The notes under the pieces are model-generated. The model was given only the letters and a program-made list of their open reading frames with translations, was not told the DNA's origin and made no database searches. From positions 1-64,000 of the IMG/VR virus record IMGVR_UViG_3300021963_000057: DNA of 64,000 nt, one strand, 5' to 3'. Shown here piece by piece: positions 11,801 through 21,295 of this stretch. Made by a program: the position numbers and the translations under genes. The first letter of the stretch is position 1. Every line of letters begins with the position of its first letter. This stretch comes from a virus.

Positions 11801-13123
11801 GCAGGATCAGTAACAAATGGACTATATTCAAGTGTTACATATGAAAATCCTTCTTGGTTATCAACTCTTGCAGCATCAAAACTTACCGGTACTATTGCTG
11901 ATGCTAGATTGGCCGACCAATCAAGTGTAACTGCTGGTCATTATGGTTCTGCAAGTAAAGTCACAAAAGTTTATGTTGATTCAAAAGGTAGAGTTACTTC
12001 CGTGGCCAACGTGGATATTGCTATCACTAGGTCACAAATTACCGATTTCCCAACTTTTACTGATGCAACAAATGCCGACAATATTGTTTCTGGCACACTG
12101 AATAATGCCAGACTGGGCACTCAGGCAGGCCTAACAGCAGGTTCTTATGGTGGCACCAACAAGGTAGGAACATTTACAGTCAATGCAAAAGGTATAGTTA
12201 CCGCCGCATCAGATAGTCAAATCGCAATTACAAAATCACAAGTGACAGACTTCCCAACACTTGCGGCTTCCGCTACAACAGATACAACCAATGCTGGTAA
12301 TATTAGTAGTGGTACACTACCTGATGCTAGAATGCCTTCCGGTTATGCAAAATTGGCTGGAGCTGCATTTAGTGGTGAAACAACTGTAACAGGTGCTGGC
12401 AAAATTATATTAGCTACATCAGGTGATATTACTGCATACAGAAGTGGTGGCACAACAGGTGTAGTATTCTTAAATAGTGCTCAAAGTAAATATTTGTACT
12501 TTGATGGAACAAAATATTATATGCCTGGAGCAGCACTGAATGTTAATGGTTCTGATGTTATGAATACATCGGATGGATATAATATTACTGGTACACGCAA
12601 CTACGTTAGTTCTTCTTCTGTAAATGTTGCCACTCAATCAGGCACATTAGTTGCATATGGTAGTAGTGGATCCATTGGCACAAACCATGCAACCATGTCT
12701 TTCCATAGACCAGGTGCATATGCTGTTAACATGGGACTTGACAACGACAACGTGTTCAGAATTGGCGGTTGGTCTGCGGCCGCAAATAGATTCCAAATGG
12801 ACATGAGTGGTAATTTAACAATGGCAGGTAACGTAACTGCTTATTCTGATGTACGATTGAAAACAAACATTCAAACCATTGAAAATGCATTAGACAAAGT
12901 GATGCAAATGCGTGGTGTTTCTTATGAAAGAATAGATAATGGTGAAAAAAATGTTGGTGTTATCGCACAAGAAATAAAAGAAGTTCTTCCAGAAGTTGTT
13001 CTAGAACGTGAAGGTGACGACCAATATATGTCAGTATCTTACGGCAATATTGTTGGTGTTTTGATTGAAGCAATTAAAGAACTTAAAGCAGAGATTGAAG
13101 AATTAAAAGGACAGAATAAATGA
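8894..13123 (+). CDS. Long tail fibre with C-terminal intramolecular chaperone (peptidase S74/ICA)
   Basis: C-terminal AYSDVRLKTNI..ALDKV..GVIAQEI..VLPEVV..SVSYGNIVGVLIEAIKEL autocleavage chaperone; 22-aa repeats, Ala/Asn heptads and TAGSYG..VDSKGRVTS repeats. Confidence 0.85.
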   Translation: MANTVTTLNYANTFGHWLAATDALIAENNTLAKDNYVKDSGTIYLSEGTLNALQSNGNVIVQKALMVQGVGSYATVQNDLTVERQGLFTNTDLSIVATGNVQVGNTLIVSGAGYGVQVDNDALIGGDLVIGGNLELNILEARQKVNTETLSVTGTTYTNKLQSNNQVVTGILTANTNIYTSRLQSNTSITTTEIQANTVINAATISVTTGMYGNLLQANSSVNTSNASIVNTVYTKDLQANSSVNTSNASIVNTLYAKNLVANSKITVPDAYVTSNAHITENIFVSGSGYAYDFYAANTVFSDSIYANTVYFQNNLTTVGNTNSTSFFASSNITTQTLYSLDSFGDYLTANLHIYTPSIDVEGTTLTRFVQANSSMNTSNSSVVNTSYTKYLIANTLVTTAGLNSLGKTHTNTLQANTSANTQTLSVTERALIDRVQANTSVNTDILSVGTIAYSNKFQANNSVNAAVISVSGNVYTDKVQANSAVNTATLMVTEKIDANDASVFVHDLETLGSLSVGTDFIINGTTIYNSDTFTLNASAADGQFAYISVNRGSSGANAEIRWNESSEWWDIYETNSGEYFRILTDEHISDVLDSTNSLVVASSAAANALNDNIQTANTYLKGRVTSAESFANSAFVRANSSYTAQNTTAAFANAAFRHANAAFESANNVAPQVAPAYGHANAAFDKANTVVSTIKGTTGSVTASNAGITLKSNNGIVIFATNDNSTGNTLAISTSQDLRTTGSPTFAGLSLTTPLQVGQGGTGTTSYASLFGLAITAAAGSGADGKVLGTDGAGGYSWVTGGSGGGGGTQPGSRISSSRLSYTGDDLTSKFTTPTHSVGTQLRAYINGVRQLESEYWSFTANSIIWFKSPPVTGDSILIEVDGYAVYEYFANNIVYGPASGDIVGSTIQDAIDNLETRKMPKGGGTFTGRVEGLTMPTTTSNTVFATTQFVNQLANSNYTFSHSISGNAGSVTNGLYSSVTYENPSWLSTLAASKLTGTIADARLADQSSVTAGHYGSASKVTKVYVDSKGRVTSVANVDIAITRSQITDFPTFTDATNADNIVSGTLNNARLGTQAGLTAGSYGGTNKVGTFTVNAKGIVTAASDSQIAITKSQVTDFPTLAASATTDTTNAGNISSGTLPDARMPSGYAKLAGAAFSGETTVTGAGKIILATSGDITAYRSGGTTGVVFLNSAQSKYLYFDGTKYYMPGAALNVNGSDVMNTSDGYNITGTRNYVSSSSVNVATQSGTLVAYGSSGSIGTNHATMSFHRPGAYAVNMGLDNDNVFRIGGWSAAANRFQMDMSGNLTMAGNVTAYSDVRLKTNIQTIENALDKVMQMRGVSYERIDNGEKNVGVIAQEIKEVLPEVVLEREGDDQYMSVSYGNIVGVLIEAIKELKAEIEELKGQNK

Positions 13124-14094
13124 CAACAAAGATAACGCCATCAGTACTGGCAAATACAGCAGTTACTGCTGGCTCTTATGGTGATGCCACACAAATACCA
13201 ACGGTTGCAATTGATGCACAAGGTAGAATTACTTCTGCATCACAACAAGCTGTAGCAATAAGTACAAGTCAAGTAACATCTGGTACATTTGCTGATGCAA
13301 GATTACCGGATAAAATTAGTTCAACATCGGTTGGTTCTGCAAGTCATGTATCTCGTTTTACTGTCGATGCTAAAGGTAGAGTTACTTCAGCAAATAGTAT
13401 AGCGATTCAAATCGCAACTTCACAAATTACTGGTTATCCAACTTTTGCAACATCAGCAACAACTGATACAACTGATGCAGATAATATTACATCAGGTACT
13501 TTGGCAAAAGAAAGACTGCCTGATACTGCTGTTACTGTTGGTACATATGGTTCAGCAGCAGGATCATCCTACTCAAGATTTGTTGTCGATTCGTCAGGAC
13601 GAATTACTTCAGCTGCAAACGTTTCAATTCAAATATTACCAGCACAAGTTACTGGTTTGGCCACATCAGCCACAACAGATACAACTGATGCGAGTAATAT
13701 TACAACAGGAACTTTACCATCAGCCAGATTATCAATAACAAACGTCAACGCAGGTTCTTATGGTTCACAATCTCATGTAACGAGATTTACTGTTGACAAT
13801 AGAGGTAGACTCACATCAGCAAACAACATTGCAATTGCAATCAACGCATCAGCTGTAGCAGGCCTAGCATCAGTTTCCACATCAGGTTCTTATTTTGATT
13901 TGCGTGATAAACCAAGTATACCAACCGTACTGAATACACTTTCAACAGGTTATCCAGTAGGTTCAATCTATATGAATGGTTTAGATGGTGAAAATCCAAA
14001 TACTTTATTAGGTTTTGGTACATGGACAGCTGTTTCAAATACTGCATTTACACCAGACATTGATCCACTCTATGTTTGGATGCGAACCGAATAA
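13120..14094 (+). CDS. Fibre-repeat protein with gp10-like C-terminal motif
   Basis: Four TAGSYG..(F/V)xVDxxGR(V/I)TSA repeats; ends YPVGSIYMN..NPNTLLGFGTW..YVWMRT as in T4 gp10-type C-termini. Confidence 0.65.
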   Translation: MTTKITPSVLANTAVTAGSYGDATQIPTVAIDAQGRITSASQQAVAISTSQVTSGTFADARLPDKISSTSVGSASHVSRFTVDAKGRVTSANSIAIQIATSQITGYPTFATSATTDTTDADNITSGTLAKERLPDTAVTVGTYGSAAGSSYSRFVVDSSGRITSAANVSIQILPAQVTGLATSATTDTTDASNITTGTLPSARLSITNVNAGSYGSQSHVTRFTVDNRGRLTSANNIAIAINASAVAGLASVSTSGSYFDLRDKPSIPTVLNTLSTGYPVGSIYMNGLDGENPNTLLGFGTWTAVSNTAFTPDIDPLYVWMRTE

Positions 14095-14123
14095 GTAATA
14101 AATACCTCTAAAGGGGTTAAAAA

Positions 14124-14465
14124 ATGTCAGCAGGTTATCAAGAATTATTTTTAGAAAAAGGTTCAAATTTTACCACGTCCGTAGCATTGGATCAAGCTGA
14201 CGGTTCACCTTTTCAATTGGTCGATTGCCAAGTTAAAGCTACCATGAAAAAATCTTATTATTCTAGTAGCACAACCGCAGAATTTATTATAACAATTAAT
14301 GACCCGACTGAAGGTATCTTAATTATGTCTTTGCCATATGCAAATACAGCAAACATTTCTCCCGGTAGATATGTATATGACGTTGCTATTAAAGATTCTT
14401 CTAATAATGTTTCAAGGGTTTTAGAGGGAATTGTGAACGTGTTACCTCAAGTTACTGTATTTTAA
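14124..14465 (+). CDS. Conserved virion structural/adaptor protein
   Basis: LFLEKGSNF..GRYVYDV..RVLEGIVNVLPQVT family common in T4-like tail regions; TAAATA at 14099. Confidence 0.7.
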   Translation: MSAGYQELFLEKGSNFTTSVALDQADGSPFQLVDCQVKATMKKSYYSSSTTAEFIITINDPTEGILIMSLPYANTANISPGRYVYDVAIKDSSNNVSRVLEGIVNVLPQVTVF

Positions 14466-14474
14466 AGGAAAATC

Positions 14475-15008
14475 ATGGCAACAGTAACAGTTAGACAACC
14501 AGCAACTGTCAAAGTAAGGGTAGAAGGACAAAAAACAAGAGTCCAGACTCTTTCTTATGGTACAAAAACACTTAGAAGTTTAACAGACTTGTCACTCACT
14601 GGTGCAAACACTGGTGATGTAATCATATACAATGCCAACACAAAGACATTTAGTGCAAAAGGTCTTGGTGCGGATACACCTGTTCACGGACATTTATTAC
14701 CAACAGAATCTAGAACATATGACCTTGGTTCCAGAACTAAAAAATTCCGAAGTCTATATCTAAGTGGTAACACAATTGACCTGGACGGAACACAAATTAA
14801 ATCTGAAGGCACAACAGGTGCAATTACGTTTGCAGCTGCACCAACAGAATCCAATCCTAATCCTATTGCGATTGTCGTTTCTCCAGTTGGTGGTTTTGCG
14901 CCTGTACAAACAGTTGGTGGTGTAATATCCGAACAAGCAATTCAAGCCGCAGTAGCAAACTCAGTAACTTATTTGGCATTCCAAGGTGCAGACTCGGGTT
15001 TCTTTTAA
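14475..15008 (+). CDS. Hypothetical tail-associated protein
   Basis: GHLLP..TYDLGS..KFRSLYLSGNTI fibre motif; ends ADSGFF. Confidence 0.65.
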   Translation: MATVTVRQPATVKVRVEGQKTRVQTLSYGTKTLRSLTDLSLTGANTGDVIIYNANTKTFSAKGLGADTPVHGHLLPTESRTYDLGSRTKKFRSLYLSGNTIDLDGTQIKSEGTTGAITFAAAPTESNPNPIAIVVSPVGGFAPVQTVGGVISEQAIQAAVANSVTYLAFQGADSGFF

Positions 15009-15011
15009 AAT

Positions 15012-15236
15012 ATGGCAAATACAACGATACAGATACTGCGTTCCTATGCGAACACCGCACCGGCCAACTTGGCGGACGGTGAATTAGCATACTCATATCT
15101 GTCAAATACACTTTTTATTGGTAGTACCACATTAAATGTGGAAACTCAATTATGGTCCAACAATGTTATTAGTATTGGTGGACCAGATTATATTGCTAAT
15201 GCGGTTAGTGTAATTGACGGCGGCATTTTTTCATAA
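15012..15236 (+). CDS. Small protein with Mtd_N-like N-terminal domain
   Basis: MANTTIQILRS..P..LADGELAYSYLSNTLFIG; paralogous to the N-termini of 15280 and 17932; ends IDGGIFS. Confidence 0.65.
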   Translation: MANTTIQILRSYANTAPANLADGELAYSYLSNTLFIGSTTLNVETQLWSNNVISIGGPDYIANAVSVIDGGIFS

Positions 15237-15279
15237 ATAGATAATAGGATTAATCCAACCAACAACAAGGATAATAATA

Positions 15280-17190
15280 ATGGCGAATACCTCGATTCTA
15301 ATTAAACGTTCCACCACGGTAGGCGTACCAACAAGCCTACAAGCTGGTGAGTTAGCGTACTCATACTTATCAAATACCATATTCATTGGTACACCAGGCG
15401 GAAATGGTGTTGTTAATGTTGGTGGTCATTACTATACTTCACAGATTGATTCCGCAACGGCATCAAATACTGTAAACACAATCGTTAAACGTGATGCTGC
15501 AGGTAACGTTGCAGTTGGTCACATCACTGCTCGTGGACTTACAATCGGTAGTAACGAGTTTGGTACAAACGGTTTTACAGGTAACGCCAATTCCGCAACA
15601 CAATTTCAAACAGACAGATACATTGATGTTACTGGTGGTGACATTACTGCATCTGCACAGTTGTTTAACGGTACTGCAAATGCTACACTAAGTGCGTCAC
15701 TTAATGCTGTTGCTGGTCTAACTGCTGGTGTTTATGGTGGCGTAACAAACATTCCAGTTGTTACTGTTGCTGCAAATGGTCGTGTTATGGCCATTGCAAA
15801 CACCAGTATTTCCACAGACTTGTTGATTGCTGGTGATTCTGGTACAGATACAATTCATCTAGCTGATGATACATTAAGATTCATTGGCGGTGAAGGTATC
15901 ACATCAACAGTATCTGACAATGCAGTTTCTTTTGGTGTTGACACAACAGTTGTTCGTGCAAATACTGGAAGTTTGACACAAACTATTGATGGTAACATCG
16001 TCATCAGTGGTAACTTGAGTGTTCTAGGTACAGAAACCATCATCGGTGTTACTACACTTGAAGTTTCTGATCCATTATTATACTTAGCTGGTAACAACTA
16101 CGTATCTGATGTAGTTGATATTGGTTGGGTTGCAAACTACAACAACGGTTCTGCAAACCTACATGCTGGTATGATTCGTCATGCTGGTGATAAAGACTTC
16201 TACGTTTTTGATAGTTACAACGTTGAACCAGATAATAACGTCATTGACATTACTGGCAATGGTTTCCATATTGCAAACTTACATGCAAACTTAATCTCTA
16301 CATGGTCTAACGTTACATCATTACATGTTGGTACATTAGATGTTGCTGGTGCAACAACACTTAAATCATTATCTTTAACTGATGACCTAACAGTATCTAA
16401 CGGTGGTACTGGCGCAAGTTCATTCACAGCAGGTGCAATCCTTGTTGGTGATGGTACAAACTCACTGAAGACACTAGCAAATAGCACATACACCGCAACA
16501 GGAACAGGTGCTGCAAACAACACAGTATCTTCAATCACAGTTGATGCATACGGTAGAGTAACTGCTGCAACGTTTGAACAGATTACTGGTCTAACAGTTG
16601 GCCAAGGCGGTACTGGTGCAAGTTCATTCACTGCTGGTCAAGTTGTTATTGGTAACGGCACTGGTGCTCTCGTACAACTTGCAAACGTTTCTTCAATCAA
16701 CACAAACGTTGCAACATCAAACACAGTTGGAAACATTACAACAGACGTATATGGTCGTGTAACAGGATTCACACAACAAGAAATCTCTGGTCTATCAGTT
16801 GCTCAAGGTGGTACTGGTGCATCAACATTGAGTGCAGGTGGTTTGTTAATTGGTAACGGAACAGGTGCAATTTCTACACTTGCAAACGTTACTTACACAT
16901 TGACTGGTACACTAGGTGCAGCTAAGACAATCACATCGTTGACTGTTGATGCATATGGCCGTGTAAGTGCAGCAACTGCCGCAGACATTTCTGGTTTGAC
17001 TGTTGCTCAAGGTGGTACAGGTGCTTCAACATTCACCGCAAAAGGTATCGTATACGGTGATGGCACAAATGCACTAGCAGTTACTGCTGCGGCCGGTTCA
17101 TCCGACCAAACATGGTCTAACCAAATTCTTACAACAACCAATGCAGGTGTTCCTGTTTGGACATCCACTTTGGATGGAGGTCAATTCTAA
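15280..17190 (+). CDS. Tail fibre-like protein (Mtd_N-like N-terminus, GGTGASSF repeats)
   Basis: MANTSILIKRS..LQAGELAYSY; four L(T/S)VxxGGTGAS repeats alternating with TVDAYGRV; ends LDGGQF. Confidence 0.75.
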   Translation: MANTSILIKRSTTVGVPTSLQAGELAYSYLSNTIFIGTPGGNGVVNVGGHYYTSQIDSATASNTVNTIVKRDAAGNVAVGHITARGLTIGSNEFGTNGFTGNANSATQFQTDRYIDVTGGDITASAQLFNGTANATLSASLNAVAGLTAGVYGGVTNIPVVTVAANGRVMAIANTSISTDLLIAGDSGTDTIHLADDTLRFIGGEGITSTVSDNAVSFGVDTTVVRANTGSLTQTIDGNIVISGNLSVLGTETIIGVTTLEVSDPLLYLAGNNYVSDVVDIGWVANYNNGSANLHAGMIRHAGDKDFYVFDSYNVEPDNNVIDITGNGFHIANLHANLISTWSNVTSLHVGTLDVAGATTLKSLSLTDDLTVSNGGTGASSFTAGAILVGDGTNSLKTLANSTYTATGTGAANNTVSSITVDAYGRVTAATFEQITGLTVGQGGTGASSFTAGQVVIGNGTGALVQLANVSSINTNVATSNTVGNITTDVYGRVTGFTQQEISGLSVAQGGTGASTLSAGGLLIGNGTGAISTLANVTYTLTGTLGAAKTITSLTVDAYGRVSAATAADISGLTVAQGGTGASTFTAKGIVYGDGTNALAVTAAAGSSDQTWSNQILTTTNAGVPVWTSTLDGGQF

Positions 17191-17234
17191 GCTGACTATA
17201 TAATGTAATAGATTTTTTATGATAGGAGTTTGAA

Positions 17235-17927
17235 ATGGGAAATGAAAAGTATTTAAATTATTACATTGAGACATTAACGGCGACAATGACAGATTGTGTT
17301 GTACGAAATGTCTCAATGCAAGCGAATGCTAAGATTACTGATGAGGTTGTAAAAGAACAGACTGAACAAATTGAAGCATTGGTTAAGTTAAATAGTGAAC
17401 TACAAGAAACAGTTCAAAATTTAAAACAAACCAATGCAACAAATGAAAGTAATGCCTTACAAGAGTTGAAAAACAAGTTGACTGAAACTGAAGGTCTTGT
17501 TGCAAAACATAAACAAGATTATGAAGAATTGATTAATAAGTTTAGAGACTATGATAGTGTTAAGAATCAGGCAACACACGTTGAAACCTTTAAAGGTGAA
17601 TTGATTAGAGCCAGAGAAGAAACTAACCGAGTTCGCACTGAACTTGAAACTAGAATCAACTCTATTAATGCTGAAACTAATGGAAAAATTAGTGGCATTA
17701 ATGAAGAAAATGAAAAGAATGTTAGACTGTTAATTCAGAAACATGAAACTGAGAAAGGTAATCTGAATAATAAGATTGCCGAATTGACTGAAAAGATTGA
17801 ATACTTACAACTACCTCCTGCCAAGCGAAAAAAAATTGACGAACAGCTGAATAAAGAAGTGGCACCAACAACCTTAACAAGTTTAGTTGGTACCGATGGC
17901 GTACTCAAGGATGGCGGAACGTTTTAA
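17235..17927 (+). CDS. Coiled-coil protein
   Basis: E/K/L/N-rich heptads; SD AGGAG upstream; ends KDGGTF. Confidence 0.7.
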   Translation: MGNEKYLNYYIETLTATMTDCVVRNVSMQANAKITDEVVKEQTEQIEALVKLNSELQETVQNLKQTNATNESNALQELKNKLTETEGLVAKHKQDYEELINKFRDYDSVKNQATHVETFKGELIRAREETNRVRTELETRINSINAETNGKISGINEENEKNVRLLIQKHETEKGNLNNKIAELTEKIEYLQLPPAKRKKIDEQLNKEVAPTTLTSLVGTDGVLKDGGTF

Positions 17928-17931
17928 GTAA

Positions 17932-18933
17932 ATGTCAAACACAGCAATACAGTTAAAAAAATCAGGCGTAACAGGGAACACACCATCAGGTCTTGCATTT
18001 GGTGAGGTTGCTCTCAACTACGCCGATGGTAAACTGTATTATAAAAACAGTCTTGGTGGTACATCGTACATCAACAACCAATATTCGTTTGACACAATCA
18101 ACTCAAACAACTCCCTAATATTTGCGGGAAGTAGTTCAGACACCTTGTCTTTTGTTGCTGGTAATAATATAACCATCAGCACCAATACAACTACAAAAAC
18201 AATCACAATCAATTCAACATCTGGTGGTGATCCAAGTTATGCTTTTGATAAAGCAAACGCAGCATTCAACAAAGCAAACAACGCACTTGCAAATACAAGT
18301 GGAACAACATTTGATGGTGATTTGTTAATTGGTAGTAGTGGTAAACTAACAGTATTGGCGGTTGGTGGTGATGAAGGCGGTGAAATTCTTTTAGGCAAAG
18401 CTGTTAGCAACACGACTTTGAGTGGCACAGGCGTAACAATTGATGTATGGCAAAACAGATTAAGATTCTTTGAACAAGGTGGTTCTGCCAGAGGTGCTTA
18501 CATTGATTTAAGTGCTGCAACTGCTGGTGTTGGTAGTGATTTATTATCTGGTGGCGGTGGCGGTACAACAGACACAACCGCAAGAGTTTCCGCACAAGCT
18601 GCGTTTGATAAAGCAAACTCAGCAGGTTCATTTGCTAACGGTGCTTTCGACAGAGCAAACTCCGGATATGGTGTTGCAAATACCGGTTCTTCATTTGCTA
18701 ATGGAGCATTTCTTACCGCCAATTCATCATATAATGCACAGAATACTACCGCATCATTTGCTAACGGTGCATTTGTAACAGCTAATTCAGCAGCAAGTTT
18801 CGCCAACGGTGCATTTTCAGAAGCCAATATTGCATACACTCATGCAGAAGCAGCATATGCAAAAGCAAATACAGGTACAACCGCACTAGACGTAAACTCC
18901 GAAATCATTGCATTTACTATCGCCTTTAGTTGA
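17932..18933 (+). CDS. Tail fibre-like protein (Mtd_N-like N-terminus, Ala/Asn heptads)
   Basis: IQLKKSGVTGNTPSGLAFGEVALNYADGKLYYK; GGDEGGEI..IDVWQNRLRFFE domain; FANGAF repeats; hydrophobic C-terminus IIAFTIAFS. Confidence 0.7.
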   Translation: MSNTAIQLKKSGVTGNTPSGLAFGEVALNYADGKLYYKNSLGGTSYINNQYSFDTINSNNSLIFAGSSSDTLSFVAGNNITISTNTTTKTITINSTSGGDPSYAFDKANAAFNKANNALANTSGTTFDGDLLIGSSGKLTVLAVGGDEGGEILLGKAVSNTTLSGTGVTIDVWQNRLRFFEQGGSARGAYIDLSAATAGVGSDLLSGGGGGTTDTTARVSAQAAFDKANSAGSFANGAFDRANSGYGVANTGSSFANGAFLTANSSYNAQNTTASFANGAFVTANSAASFANGAFSEANIAYTHAEAAYAKANTGTTALDVNSEIIAFTIAFS

Positions 18934-18963
18934 TGAAATAAATAGAGGATTAAGGAAATTTAA

Positions 18964-19290
18964 ATGGCAAATACTTTTAAAAATCAACTACAAGCAGCAG
19001 TCGGAACATCACCAACTACCATCTACACAGCAGGTGTGGGTGTATCGGCCACAGTTATTGGTATGACAATTGCAAATATATTGAACTCAACTATAACCGC
19101 AAACGTTATAGTAACTTCTAGTGGTTCAGATTATTATATGGTCAAGATGGCAGAAATTGAACCAGGCAATTCATTGATTACCATAGGTGGTGACCAAAAA
19201 TTGGTACTAGAAGCCAATGACATTATAAAGGTTTCAACAAGTAACGCCTCAGCAGCTGATGTTATTTTGAGTTTATTGGAAATAACATAA
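18964..19290 (+). CDS. Small beta-rich virion protein
   Basis: MANTFKN..TIYT..ATVIGMTIAN..KLVLEANDII..ADVILSLLEIT family; paralog of 20936. Confidence 0.7.
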   Translation: MANTFKNQLQAAVGTSPTTIYTAGVGVSATVIGMTIANILNSTITANVIVTSSGSDYYMVKMAEIEPGNSLITIGGDQKLVLEANDIIKVSTSNASAADVILSLLEIT

Positions 19291-19291
19291 T

Positions 19292-20926
19292 ATGCAATTC
19301 ACTTACATTGGTAATCAAAGTAAAAAGGATGTAAGGTTAGCTGGTTCATTTGCTAATGGTGCATTTGTAACTGCTAACTCAGCAGCCAGTTTCGCCAATG
19401 GTGCCTTTACAACAGCCAATTCTGGTGCAACATTTGCTAACAGTGCCTTTGTAACTGCTAACTCTGCATATACATCACAGAACACCACGGCTGGTTTTGC
19501 AAATGGTGCTTTTGTAACTGCTAACTCAGCTGCAAGTTTTGCCAATGGCGCATTTACAACAGCAAATTCTGGTGCATCGTTTGCTAACAGTGCTTTTGAC
19601 CACGCCAATGCAGCCTACAACGCAGCAAATACTAGTGGTGCTGATAGTTGGGCTAGAACACAAGCCAATAACGCATATGACAAGGCAAATTCTGCCGGTT
19701 CATTTGCTAATAGTGCTTTCTCTCAAGCCAATTTGGCATATAATGCAATTATAACCAGTAGTAATACGGCTTCGTTGTATTATTTGACACGAACATTTAC
19801 TGGTGATGGTAGTACAACCGATTTTACAGTAACAGCAAACACCACATCAAACAGTATTCTTGTTTTTGATAACGGTATTACACAAAATCCAATAGTTGAT
19901 TATAGTGTAAGTGGCACAACATTAACTTTCACAACTGCACCAAGCACTGGTTCTGTAATACAAGTTCGTGAAATGTTGAGTAACGTTCCAGTAGTTACAG
20001 ATAATTCCAATTCTGCATTTGATAGAGCAAATGCTGCGTATATTCGAGCCAATTCATCTTATACTGCACAAAATACAACTGCATCATTTGCTAACGGTGC
20101 TTTCGATAGAGCCAATTCAGCAGCAAGTTTTGCCAACGGTGCTTTTATAAAAGCAAACTCATCTTACGCTGCACAGAACACCACGGCTGATTTCGCAAAT
20201 GGTGCTTTCGTAACAGCCAATTCTGGTGCATCATTTGCTAATGCTTCTTTCTTGAGAGCTAATGCTTCTTATCTTGCACAGAACACCACAGCTGATTTTG
20301 CCAACGGTGCATTTGTAACAGCTAATGCATCCTACATATCACAAAACACCACGGCTGGTTTTGCAAATGGTGCATTTATAACCGCTAATGCTTCTTATCT
20401 TGCACAAAACACTACATCTGATTTTGCCAACGGTGCTTTCTTAACAGCCAATTCTGGTGCATCATTTGCTAATGCTGCATTTGATAGAGCAAATGCCGCT
20501 TATGCACAAGCAAATACTGGAGGTGGTGGCAGTGGTGCAGATGCATGGGCAAGAGACACCGCAAATGCAGCATTCATAAAGGCAAATTCAGCCTTTGATG
20601 CCGCAAATACAGCTGCAAATACATCTGGAAATACAAGTGTTACAATGGTTACTGATAGTTTTGTTGCCAATGGCAGCACAACAACATTTACTTTAACCAT
20701 GACACCCACAGATAAATACTATACAACTGTGTCTGTTGATGGTATTATTCAACATAAAAGTACATATAGTTTATCAGCCAATGTAATTACATTAGATAGT
20801 ACATTAGAAAACGGAGCACTTGTTGATATCACAACAACTGGTGTTGTAGGTTATTCAACTGGTGGTGGCGGAGGCGGTGTATCAATTAGTAAATCTATTG
20901 CAATGGCAATAGTGTTTGGTTTATAA
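19292..20926 (+). CDS. Fibre protein with long Ala/Asn heptad stalks and two FTGDGSTT-type domains
   Basis: Many ANSAASF/ANGAFVT heptads; ends SIAMAIVFGL. Confidence 0.7.
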   Translation: MQFTYIGNQSKKDVRLAGSFANGAFVTANSAASFANGAFTTANSGATFANSAFVTANSAYTSQNTTAGFANGAFVTANSAASFANGAFTTANSGASFANSAFDHANAAYNAANTSGADSWARTQANNAYDKANSAGSFANSAFSQANLAYNAIITSSNTASLYYLTRTFTGDGSTTDFTVTANTTSNSILVFDNGITQNPIVDYSVSGTTLTFTTAPSTGSVIQVREMLSNVPVVTDNSNSAFDRANAAYIRANSSYTAQNTTASFANGAFDRANSAASFANGAFIKANSSYAAQNTTADFANGAFVTANSGASFANASFLRANASYLAQNTTADFANGAFVTANASYISQNTTAGFANGAFITANASYLAQNTTSDFANGAFLTANSGASFANAAFDRANAAYAQANTGGGGSGADAWARDTANAAFIKANSAFDAANTAANTSGNTSVTMVTDSFVANGSTTTFTLTMTPTDKYYTTVSVDGIIQHKSTYSLSANVITLDSTLENGALVDITTTGVVGYSTGGGGGGVSISKSIAMAIVFGL

Positions 20927-20935
20927 GGATTTAAA

Positions 20936-21295
20936 ATGACAACTCCAAATATAGCAGCATTAACAACAATTACAGGAAATACACAAGTACAAGCTGTGAC
21001 AACATCAGCCACACCAATTGTAAATAATCCTTCTGCAAGTGGACAAATATTGAAAATAAATTCTTTAATTATTTCAAATATAAACGCAACAACAGCACAA
21101 GATATTACAGTAGATTTATATAGAAACACAACAGCATATAAATTGGTGAGTACAGTTTCTATTGCGGCCGATAGTTCTTTTACAGCATTAGACAAAACAT
21201 TATCCATTTATCTTCTTGAAGGCGACCAATTAAGATTGACGGCAAGTAATAATAGTACACTACAAGCGATTTGTTCATTCGAGGAAATTAGTTAA
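20936..21295 (+). CDS. Small beta-rich virion protein
   Basis: PNI..ILKINSLIISNI..IYLLEGDQL..CSFEEIS; related to 18964. Confidence 0.7.
   Translation: MTTPNIAALTTITGNTQVQAVTTSATPIVNNPSASGQILKINSLIISNINATTAQDITVDLYRNTTAYKLVSTVSIAADSSFTALDKTLSIYLLEGDQLRLTASNNSTLQAICSFEEIS

Noticed and set aside
15012-18933. Diversity-generating retroelement suggested by Mtd_N-like domains
   Set aside because: No reverse transcriptase and no adenine-specific TR/VR repeat pair seen in the window; only the N-terminal anchor domain is shared.
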